A DNA stretch of 37,051 bases. Origin: a virus. This document shows positions 13,988-20,856 of this stretch, one piece after another. Both the position numbers and the translations under genes were made by a program. Below the pieces are notes generated by a model. It worked only from the letters and a program-made list of their open reading frames with translations, did not search any database and was not told the DNA's origin. Position 1 is the stretch's first letter; every line of letters begins with the position of its first letter. The stretch is taken from the IMG/VR virus record IMGVR_UViG_3300028045_000005; one strand, written 5' to 3'.

Positions 13988-14347
13988 TCAGCCGGCCCCG
14001 CGGGTTTCAGATAATAACTCAAACCCGCAGCCTTTCTTTTTAACCCACCTTAAAAGCCCAGGTCCATAGTGTTTCCAAAGACGTTTTTTAAGGTTAGCGA
14101 CTGGCGTAGGATGGCCCTTGACGTCGATCCAGACCTTTTCATCACCCTCTTGTATCAAAAAATCTGCCCTCAAAAGTATCTTTGATCTAGTCATATAAAC
14201 CTTAGGCTGTAATTCAAGTATCATGCCTGTGGGTTTCATCATTATGTAGTATTCGGCTTCTGCTTTGGAGTCGAAAATAATATTATCAACCATTGTTTTC
14301 TTGGCTGAATACTTATTTTTTTTGAACACTACCTGCACCTCTTGCAT
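13988..14347 (-). CDS. DUF1064-family protein (PD-(D/E)xK-like nuclease fold family common in phage recombination modules)
   Basis: KYSAKKTMVDNIIFDSKAEAEYY...LQPKV...ADFLI...WIDVKG..T....LKKRL matches the DUF1064 signature as I remember it. Confidence 0.7.
   Translation of the reverse strand: MQEVQVVFKKNKYSAKKTMVDNIIFDSKAEAEYYIMMKPTGMILELQPKVYMTRSKILLRADFLIQEGDEKVWIDVKGHPTPVANLKKRLWKHYGPGLLRWVKKKGCGFELLSETRGAG
13991..14003. other. All-G/C 13-mer GCCGGCCCCGCGG, copy 2 (last codons of the DUF1064 gene, abutting the convergent plus-strand ORF)
   Basis: Read directly. Here it is decoded T-R-G-A-G-stop, versus P-R-G-R-P at the terS copy, so conservation is at DNA level and not protein level. Confidence 0.8.
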
Positions 14348-14538
14348 TCAACTGCAGGCTTTATGGTTTCGTAAATTCTCTGAGTTCTTCTCTCAATAAA
14401 ATAATCACCACACCTACAGATCTTTATACCTCTAAGACCTTTGCTATATCGGCGTTTCAGCTCTTCCTGGTATAAATCTTTGTTCCGTTTAACCATGTGT
14501 TCTATATCAGCTTTTGATCTTCTAATTTGCTGGTACAT
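14329..14538 (-). CDS. Hypothetical small basic protein with a C-terminal Cys cluster
   Basis: 69-aa ORF. CRCG...CKRC. Overlaps the next gene by 19 nt. Confidence 0.45.
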   Translation of the reverse strand: MYQQIRRSKADIEHMVKRNKDLYQEELKRRYSKGLRGIKICRCGDYFIERRTQRIYETIKPAVECKRCR

Positions 14539-14698
14539 CTCTCAACCTCTCAACTATATAATCCCCCAACTGCTTTAGTGCTTCTATAATATTAATTTTG
14601 ACCCCCTCGCTATATAAATTTTACATTTATGCTTAACCACCCGCTATTTAGGTGTATGTTGTTTTTGCGGTGGCTTCAAGTAACCGCACGTATACACT

Positions 14699-15016
14699 TC
14701 AGGTGGTAGGCTTTGTAACCCTGCCACCGCTCTTTGCTTTTTCCCTATTAAACTTAGCATCAAACAATGCAAGCAATGCTAGCCTTTCAAATGAAACCAT
14801 TGATAGACCTTTTCCTATATGTATTCTTAATGCTTTTTCACCATATACACCTATAAACCATTCTCGTGCCCATAGGCGCAGATTTCTTTCTACGTCGCCT
14901 TTGAACCTTGTTTTAAAATCCCTATAAGCAGTGTCGTATTTTCTATCTGACATCATTGCCATTCTTTGAGCGGCACTTTGTTTGCTTCTGCTTTTGGCTA
15001 TTTGTTTTTCATTCAT
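14699..15016 (-). CDS. Hypothetical protein, paralog of the C-terminal half of the 15556..16194 product
   Basis: KYDTAYRDF....V..N.LRLWAREWFIGVYGEKALR aligns with KYSVAYKCF....V..NKLLKWTQEWFEAIYGKGAIR. Confidence 0.55.
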   Translation of the reverse strand: MNEKQIAKSRSKQSAAQRMAMMSDRKYDTAYRDFKTRFKGDVERNLRLWAREWFIGVYGEKALRIHIGKGLSMVSFERLALLALFDAKFNREKAKSGGRVTKPTT

Positions 15017-15034
15017 TTATTTTCTTACCCCGTG

Positions 15035-15388
15035 CTAGTCGTATTTATGGCTTTCGAGGTTGGTTGAGAACCCTCTTTTTTTCTCCAGGTTTTTTCTCAA
15101 GGTCGCTCTCGTCTTGTCGGCAATTGCATCAGCTCTGGCTATCAATAAGCTCAAATTAAGAACTTCGCATGCTGCCAAAATAATCTTGTCTGCCAAAAAG
15201 TCCAAGCTGTCACCAGGGCACTTTTGGTTTATATCCGAAAAGCTTTGGTCAAACCGCCATCCGCAAAAATCGCAAACAGGCCCTCTTAAGACCGCTCCTG
15301 CAATCTCTCGCTCCTCGCCTTCCCAAATTTCACTTTTACAGACGTTGCACTTACTTGCTTCCAAGCCGTATCGCCTTTTCAGAAGCAA
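15035..15388 (-). CDS. Hypothetical zinc-ribbon protein
   Basis: 117 aa. CNVC ... CDFC pairs near the N-terminus. Confidence 0.5.
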   Translation of the reverse strand: MLLKRRYGLEASKCNVCKSEIWEGEEREIAGAVLRGPVCDFCGWRFDQSFSDINQKCPGDSLDFLADKIILAACEVLNLSLLIARADAIADKTRATLRKNLEKKRGFSTNLESHKYD

Positions 15389-15584
15389 GTTGGGACATCT
15401 TAAACCCGTTTTCCATCTCAGTTTTGGTTAGAAGGATTATTTGGGTTGCAAGCTTGTGGATAGTGTTGGCCCTGGCGATTGTAGTCGTGCCAGCTCTCAA
15501 CCCGTTTATTTCATCGAACAAAGCATCCCTCAAGCCTATCGATGTTTTATCGATTTTAATCGTTTTCTTTTTTGTTGCGATCAT
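15351..15584 (-). CDS. Hypothetical small protein
   Basis: 77-aa ORF in operon context, overlapping both neighbours. No motif recognised. Confidence 0.4.
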   Translation of the reverse strand: MIATKKKTIKIDKTSIGLRDALFDEINGLRAGTTTIARANTIHKLATQIILLTKTEMENGFKMSQLASEKAIRLGSK

Positions 15585-16194
15585 TAAGCACCCCTATTAG
15601 GACTATCAAGTTTTTCTTTCTACCAAGAGCAATAGCAGTACTCCTGATAAACTCTGAATCATGTAAATCAAATAATGCTGGTTTGCTAAAAAGGGACAGT
15701 GTGAGGTCTTGGCTCTTAAGGTTTCTTATTGCACCTTTGCCATATATTGCTTCGAACCACTCTTGCGTCCACTTCAAAAGTTTATTATCAACATCTACGC
15801 CATTACACTTATCACTAAAACATTTATATGCAACTGAATATTTCTTGTTCTGCATTTCCAGGTCTGACTCGTAGCGTTTTTCTGCAGGATCCTTTTGGGT
15901 TTTACTTTTACACCTAGTGTTATACTCGGACTTAATCTCATTTAATTTGGGCATCCATGTTGAAGTTGTTCCGAAGTGATCAAGGACCTCTTTTAAAAGC
16001 CCTAGCTTTAGATCTGACAGCTTTTCGGCGTAGTAGTCTAGCCTTGTATCATCTGATCTCTTGGACCAAGCACGGGCCCAATTTGCTAGGACAGCTCTTA
16101 GATTCATACGTTCCTTGCCTTGCTCTGTGTCACCGTCTAGATTTATGACTGACCTGTTCCATTTGTTATTAAACTGCCTGTAATCACCGCTCAT
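15556..16194 (-). CDS. Two-domain early protein: possible G39P-like helicase-loader/replisome-organiser N-terminal part plus the paralog domain shared with 14699..15016
   Basis: 212 aa. LANWARAWSKR...YYAEKLSDL..G.LKEVLDHFGTTSTWMPKLNEIKSEY loosely resembles the G39P-type pattern (W..L.D...A....P.L.EI). This is weak, from memory only. Confidence 0.45.
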   Translation of the reverse strand: MSGDYRQFNNKWNRSVINLDGDTEQGKERMNLRAVLANWARAWSKRSDDTRLDYYAEKLSDLKLGLLKEVLDHFGTTSTWMPKLNEIKSEYNTRCKSKTQKDPAEKRYESDLEMQNKKYSVAYKCFSDKCNGVDVDNKLLKWTQEWFEAIYGKGAIRNLKSQDLTLSLFSKPALFDLHDSEFIRSTAIALGRKKNLIVLIGVLNDRNKKEND

Positions 16195-16406
16195 ATGTCC
16201 TCTACTTCTGAATAAACCAGCTTTTTGTGGTCGAGTTGCTTTTTAATGTCTACAAGCACGCTCAGTTGGCGCCATGTCACAAACCCGTTTTCTTGGTAAA
16301 AATCTAGAAATTTAAATATCCATTCCTTGTCTCTGTTCGAGAGCCACTCTTTGTCATCCTGTAGCCCGTCCAGCAGTTTCTTGAAAATAACTTTTTGGTC
16401 ATTCAT
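16191..16406 (-). CDS. Hypothetical small protein
   Basis: 71 aa. ATGA overlap with the downstream gene. Confidence 0.45.
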   Translation of the reverse strand: MNDQKVIFKKLLDGLQDDKEWLSNRDKEWIFKFLDFYQENGFVTWRQLSVLVDIKKQLDHKKLVYSEVEDI

Positions 16407-16899
16407 TAAACATCTCCTTCACTTTTTGCCTTGCTCTTTGGTCGGCTTCTTTTGCAAATGCTACTCTGCTACGTCTTTCTATTTCTGCCTTCTCTCTGGC
16501 CATGCGCATTCCTATCAACTGGCTCTTGGTCATTGGCTTGGGCCCTTGCCGCTTCTTGGCCTTCTTTTTGTCTTTCTTTTTAAGCCTGTTCACTAGTTTC
16601 AAAGCCAATTTCTTGTACTCCTTAACCTCGAACCAGGATGGGGCGGTTTTAAGGCTGTGACCGATTCTAAGGTCTGTTTCGCACGTGTTGCTTTTACCTA
16701 GATTACAATCACGGCATAACACTTGTAGGTTCTTAATGTCCAACTCCAGCTCCGGGTAGCTGCTCCGTGGTTTTATGTGGTCTACATGTATCTGGACGGA
16801 GACGGCTGTAACACCACACGACATACACTTATGGCCGTAGAACTTTAAAACCTGCCACCTTACTTTTCTCCAAGCTTCTGTTTTGTAGAAGTCTGCCAT
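16399..16899 (-). CDS. HNH endonuclease with a basic C-terminal extension
   Basis: GHKCMSCG....IHVDHIKPRS.....DIKNLQVLCRDCNLGKSN is the classical HNH/His-Me motif. GAGGT SD 6 nt upstream. First gene of the leftward operon. Confidence 0.85.
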   Translation of the reverse strand: MADFYKTEAWRKVRWQVLKFYGHKCMSCGVTAVSVQIHVDHIKPRSSYPELELDIKNLQVLCRDCNLGKSNTCETDLRIGHSLKTAPSWFEVKEYKKLALKLVNRLKKKDKKKAKKRQGPKPMTKSQLIGMRMAREKAEIERRSRVAFAKEADQRARQKVKEMFNE

Positions 16900-17725
16900 G
16901 CGTTACCTCACTTTTGGATATAGGAGCCCTCAATTCTGCATAGAACAACTAAAGAGCTTTGAAGCCTTCTTACTATTCCGAACTGGTAGGATCCATTTAT
17001 CAAGTATGCAGATTTCTGGGCTGAGTTACTGGCGTATAGGCCCCGGGATTTTAACCCTAATCCTTGTTCTTCAATTCGTTACTTCAGAAAACGTTTTACT
17101 AAGGTTAGACCGTTACACTGTTTAGCTGCCCCTGCTCCAAAAAGCCAGGTAGGGGTTCTACCGATACAGAAACTATGAATCACTTAGGTTATTAAATTTA
17201 CATGAATATGCTCTTCATGGGAGTTTTCGAGTCCTCCAAACGTATTTTTTTTGGTTTACGGCAAAAAAGATAAACCCGTAAATTTGATTGATTGAGTATT
17301 TTAGAATACATTGGACTCAATCAAGTCAATTTATGCCTTGGGTGTTTCTTTCAATTATTCACTCAAGGCTTATCCATTAAATTATAGAAGTTGTTAAAAG
17401 TAAACCGAGACTACACTGTGCATTATGCTATTAAGTGATTAGTTTGGTTTAATATTATCAACTATGTTATTCCCTGGACATTAAAAGGCATACCTACCTC
17501 AAGGTAGAGGTGGGAGCCTTATTATTTATACTAATGATGTAGATATTACCTTATTAGAAAGTAATGGGTTTACTTTTTGGGGTTAAGTTTTTATGTTGGT
17601 TCCTAATTGTGGACGACATTCTTCAAGATTTTAAAAAGTAATATTTTTAAATACTACTCTGGCCCCCGGTAGATCATTGATGCGTCCACAACGTATAGGG
17701 GGCCTTTCTTGTAAGGGAGATATTT
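16900..17725. promoter_or_regulatory. 826-bp non-coding divergent control region (early promoters and possibly the origin)
   Basis: No ORF of 60 aa or more with a credible start. Inverted repeats: TCTGCATA/TATGCAGA (~16946 and ~17017), TTGATTGAGT-N17-ACTCAATCAA (17288..17324), GCCTTGGGTG-N15-CACTCAAGGC (17335..17369), AAAAGTAAACC / GGTTTACTTTT (17396..17406 and 17567..17577), and GGCCCCC-N30-GGGGGCC followed by TTTCTT (17661..17710). Confidence 0.6.
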
Positions 17726-17950
17726 ATGATTGAGGACTACTTGTTATTCTTATTTTGGTTGGAGTTTAAAGGTGCGCTCGATGGCTTTGAACAAGGGGTC
17801 CAGACTCGCAATTTTCGGGAATATCCAGGGACGGCAGACAGCCAGGACTTTGTCTTATGCGCTTTCCGGTGGGACAAAGCGCCCGGTGGGCCCTCTTACT
17901 GGCGGCCATTGAACACAGAGTGGCGGAGGCGGCATCATGACGATAAGTAA
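17726..17950 (+). CDS. Hypothetical small Trp-rich protein, first gene of the rightward operon
   Basis: 74 aa. AAGGGAG SD. Locally GC-rich. The motif AFRWDKAPGGPSYWRPL resembles a widespread small phage protein pattern (F-W..TP.G..FW..L). Confidence 0.55.
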   Translation: MIEDYLLFLFWLEFKGALDGFEQGVQTRNFREYPGTADSQDFVLCAFRWDKAPGGPSYWRPLNTEWRRRHHDDK

Positions 17951-18131
17951 TTCAGATTTTTCAGGGCTTAGCGACCACGAGACTAAGCAGGCGGCCATCC
18001 GTGAACAGATGGAAAGAGACGCAATGGAAGAGCTAATAGAAGATCTTAAGAAACAAAACACTGAGCTAGAGAATAAATTAGCGTGGTTTAAAAAGGAGTT
18101 GGAAAGTGTCAATTCATCAAAAACTAAGTGA
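17937..18131 (+). CDS. Hypothetical coiled-coil protein
   Basis: 64 aa, E/K-rich and heptad-like (EELIEDLKKQNTELENKLAWFKKELE). Confidence 0.45.
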   Translation: MTISNSDFSGLSDHETKQAAIREQMERDAMEELIEDLKKQNTELENKLAWFKKELESVNSSKTK

Positions 18132-18693
18132 AATACAAGCAAAGCTTAAGGCACCAAAGGCCGAGTATAATTCTTTTGGTAAATACAAATACAGAAGTGC
18201 TGAAAATGTTATGGCCGCTATAAAACCATTTCTAAATGGGCTTAGCCTTGTTTTAACAGATGAGATGGTAATGATTGGAGAAAGGTATTATCTGAAAGCC
18301 ACAGCCGTCCTGACGGACAATGAAAGCACTGTTGTTAATTGTGCGTATGCAAGAGAGCCTTTGTTGCAAAAAGGAATGAATGACTCACAGATAACAGGTA
18401 GTGCCTCTAGTTATGCTAGAAAATATGCTCTTGGCGGTTTGTTTCTTTTAGATGACAACCCAGACCCTGACTCTCAAGATAACACCCAAGGCAAGGAACC
18501 AGCCCAACAAAACCACCAGCCCAACCACGGCAATAAATATATAGTCCCCTTCGGCAAAACAAAGGGCAAACACTTTGACACATTAGCGCCTGACGAGATG
18601 GGCAGTATGCTTACTTGGTGTAAGAGTAAAAATGAAGAAGGCAAATTTAACAAGCTTATCGCAGAGATAACTGAATACATGGGGCAGAAATGA
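18106..18693 (+). CDS. erf: ERF-family single-strand annealing protein
   Basis: GTG start with AGGAG 7 nt upstream. NSFGKYKYRSAENVMAAIKPFLNGLSL and GSASSYARKYALGGLFLLDD match ERF-family signatures. Confidence 0.8.
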   Translation: MSIHQKLSEIQAKLKAPKAEYNSFGKYKYRSAENVMAAIKPFLNGLSLVLTDEMVMIGERYYLKATAVLTDNESTVVNCAYAREPLLQKGMNDSQITGSASSYARKYALGGLFLLDDNPDPDSQDNTQGKEPAQQNHQPNHGNKYIVPFGKTKGKHFDTLAPDEMGSMLTWCKSKNEEGKFNKLIAEITEYMGQK

Positions 18694-18878
18694 TAACTGA
18701 ATTTTCAATAGCAATAAAACACAACATGCTTTCTATGGAACTTAAATCCGATGAGGAAACAATGCATAGAATAATGGGTGAGCTTATTAATAAGATAGCC
18801 TGTGAAAATATGAAGCCAGAGGGACCGGCGACTGAGCACGAGTTTGCGGGGTCAGATTTAAACTATGAGCTACAATAG
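18690..18878 (+). CDS. Hypothetical small protein
   Basis: 62 aa. ATGA overlap with the erf stop. Confidence 0.4.
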   Translation: MITEFSIAIKHNMLSMELKSDEETMHRIMGELINKIACENMKPEGPATEHEFAGSDLNYELQ

Positions 18879-19179
18879 AAGAGTTATGCTTGCGTCGAGA
18901 CACAGGAGAGTCATGATTGATAGTGACGAAAACTACGATAACCGTGCGAGAATGCATTCGCTTTGGCGCTCTCAAGGGCTGAAGCCTAAAGAGGAAGAGG
19001 CTTTGGCGGAAACCTGGGATGAAAATGCTAGGACTATGGGCTCCCCTACTGGTAACATTGACCATGTATTAAAAGACATGGAGGTTACCAATGGTGGAAA
19101 TGCTACTGGAAAGAATGGCAGACCTAGAAAACCAAATAGCGGAAAAGAAAAATCGAATAAGAACGATGAGGCACGATAG
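18865..19179 (+). CDS. Hypothetical basic protein
   Basis: 104-aa ORF. The C-terminus GKNGRPRKPNSGKEKSNK is AT-hook-like. No family recognised. Confidence 0.4.
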   Translation: MSYNRRVMLASRHRRVMIDSDENYDNRARMHSLWRSQGLKPKEEEALAETWDENARTMGSPTGNIDHVLKDMEVTNGGNATGKNGRPRKPNSGKEKSNKNDEAR

Positions 19180-19180
19180 C

Positions 19181-19285
19181 ATGACTTATAAGATAGAAGT
19201 TAAAAGAATTAAATCTTTAGAAAAAATGCATGGGTTGAATCAGTTTTTATATAGGCAGATAACACATAGTGAGACTTTGCATTGA
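19181..19285 (+). CDS. Possible 34-aa ORF filling the gap (in-frame 3' part of track ORF 19091..19285)
   Basis: ATG 19181 lies 2 nt after the previous stop, with GAGG ~9 nt upstream. The longer 19091 start would overlap the previous gene by 89 nt. Confidence 0.25.
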   Translation: MTYKIEVKRIKSLEKMHGLNQFLYRQITHSETLH

Positions 19286-19698
19286 AAGCAATTGTAAAAC
19301 AAAGAAACATGGCGGATTGCGCAGTGGCCTGCCTAGCGATGGCTACCGGCGAGTCTTACGAGGCGATCTTTAGCAGCTTAAACACAGAGGCGAGGGAAAG
19401 CCTTGGTTTAGGCGAGGGGCTTTACTGGCGCGATGATTTAGAATTGCTTGACCTGTTAAAGTTCGAATACGAAAGCTATTATCCTGAACCAGGCGACGGT
19501 TGGTCTTCCACATGCAAAAGGGCGATATTGCAAGTTCCGTCTAAAAATTTTGAAAACAAAAAACATGCGCTTTTTTGGGACGGGGAATCCATTCTGGACC
19601 CATCGAACATGCTTACTTACGACACAGAAGAAGGGCTTGGCGCGTGCGACTTTGTCCTTAAAATTTGGATGCCGAATGAGAGACACACTAGAACATAA
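19282..19698 (+). CDS. Papain-like cysteine peptidase, C39-like domain
   Basis: 138 aa. Q-x5-DCAVACLAMATG (Gln/Cys block) and KKHALFWDGESILDPS (His...Asp block). The TTG start at 19282 is required to include the Gln. Confidence 0.45.
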   Translation: MKAIVKQRNMADCAVACLAMATGESYEAIFSSLNTEARESLGLGEGLYWRDDLELLDLLKFEYESYYPEPGDGWSSTCKRAILQVPSKNFENKKHALFWDGESILDPSNMLTYDTEEGLGACDFVLKIWMPNERHTRT

Positions 19699-19814
19699 AA
19701 TAGTTACTGATCACTTAGCCTTTATGGATATAAGAGAGTTTGACGAAATTGAAACTAAGAAAGTTATAGGCAACTATATAGTCACTATTAGAGTTGAAAA
19801 ATTGGAGGGAACCA

Positions 19815-20660
19815 ATGCAGGAAGTGAAGAAGAAGGATCTAGTTGAATTGGCCATGTATATGGTGTTTATGTTTGGGGTTTTGTATTTAACAGGTTGTAG
19901 CAATGTCGATACTAAAAAAGAAGCTGAAAGTGATACACCTCATGAACAGCCAGTTCCAGAGGACAACGGTACGCCTCCAGAAAAGAAGTACCCGTTTATC
20001 TATGATCTTAGAGCCACTCCTGATGTTAACATGCTGTGGCTTGCTGATGTTGCTTTTGTGGACCCTTCTTTGGATGTCGCAGTCATTGAGTCAATCAAAA
20101 AGTATACAGAAAAAGTTAGGGCCTATGTATCATGCGGTACTGCAGAGGAAAGCAGAGACAACTTCTCAGAGCTTGAACCCTACATTAAAAAAGAAAAAGA
20201 CAGCAGGGGCAAGGAACATAAGGTAAAGCTTGAGGGTTATGACGAGTACATATTGGACCCTCAGCACAAAGATGAAATTGTCCCCATACTAGAAAAGAAA
20301 TTTATTCTGGCCAAGTCCATAGGCCTCACCGGCGTCATTTGCGACAACGCAGAATTTTTAACGGGAGTAATGTTAAATGAACTCAAAGAAAGAGCTAATC
20401 TTTTGGCGCTTAGTTTCGGCTTTGTTAATGCTTTGTACATTGTGGACGCTGGTGAAGCATCCCCAGATTTTCACGTCGTAGAACAGTGCAACCAATACGG
20501 TGAATGCAACCTTGTAGATAAATTAGTTGAAAAAAATGTGCCTATTTTCCATTTAGAATATAAGAGCAAATATTGTTACCCCACCCCGGGGCATGAAACT
20601 GTTTTATATGGTGGTGACAGAGAACTTTACGCTGACAGATTTGAGAGGGTGTGTGAGTAA
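19815..20660 (+). CDS. Lipoprotein with a glycoside hydrolase family 114-like (endo-alpha-1,4-polygalactosaminidase type) domain
   Basis: ATG 19815 with GGAGG 6 nt upstream (the track start 19794 is TTG). Signal peptide with lipobox LTGC. VRAYVSCGTAEESR, GLTGVICDNAEF, DFHVVEQCNQYGEC and PIFHLEY match the GH114 blocks as I remember them. Confidence 0.65.
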   Translation: MQEVKKKDLVELAMYMVFMFGVLYLTGCSNVDTKKEAESDTPHEQPVPEDNGTPPEKKYPFIYDLRATPDVNMLWLADVAFVDPSLDVAVIESIKKYTEKVRAYVSCGTAEESRDNFSELEPYIKKEKDSRGKEHKVKLEGYDEYILDPQHKDEIVPILEKKFILAKSIGLTGVICDNAEFLTGVMLNELKERANLLALSFGFVNALYIVDAGEASPDFHVVEQCNQYGECNLVDKLVEKNVPIFHLEYKSKYCYPTPGHETVLYGGDRELYADRFERVCE

Positions 20661-20856
20661 CGCGATTAAACGGATCATTAAAACTTTGGCAGTGCTGTGG
20701 CTTTTCGCCTCGGTCCCATTGGTCTTTGTTTGGGCCGATGGTGAGCAGTGGGCTGGGTGGGTGTCCCTTGGCCCCATGGTCGCTGCTTGGATATTATGGA
20801 CGATTTTCGGTGGCGCGATTTTTGATAAAATTGGAAAGGCCATGAGTGATAGTTAA
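20653..20856 (+). CDS. Small membrane protein with two predicted TM helices
   Basis: GTG 20653 follows GAGAGGG (the track start ATG 20593 would overlap the GH114 gene by 68 nt). Hydrophobic stretches are LAVLWLFASVPLVFVW and LGPMVAAWILWTIFGGAIF. Confidence 0.45.
   Translation: MSNAIKRIIKTLAVLWLFASVPLVFVWADGEQWAGWVSLGPMVAAWILWTIFGGAIFDKIGKAMSDS

Noticed and set aside
14539-14698. Promoter or terminator in the 160-nt gap within the leftward operon (hairpin TGCGGT-N10-ACCGCA; TTGACC and TATATAAA hexamers)
   Set aside because: The hairpin is short and has no U-tract on the transcribed strand. The hexamers are wrongly spaced or on the wrong strand. No confident call is possible.
16898-17125. 75-aa plus-strand ORF at the left edge of the control region
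   Set aside because: It starts inside the HNH gene's start-codon region with no SD, the sequence looks non-protein-like, and the region is better explained as regulatory DNA.
17219-17237. tRNA-like T-arm look-alike (GGGAGTTTTCGAGTCCTCC)
   Set aside because: I could not build an acceptor stem, D-arm or anticodon arm around it. Only a 4-bp stem is possible. No other tRNA-like sequence was seen in the window.
17730-18142. Alternative-frame ORFs 17730..17912 (+) and 17855..18142 (-) overlapping the first rightward genes
   Set aside because: The locally GC-rich sequence keeps several frames open. Only 17726..17950 has a good SD (AAGGGAG) and sits correctly after the leader hairpin.
19550-19903. 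ORFs 19550..19846 (+) and 19715..19903 (-), a possible 40-aa ORF from ATG 19724, and a TTGACG / TATAGG promoter-like pair in the 19699..19814 gap
   Set aside because: 19550..19846 overlaps the motif-bearing peptidase frame. The short ORF has no SD. The promoter-like hexamers have 19-20-nt spacers and poor -10 elements. The evidence is insufficient for any call.
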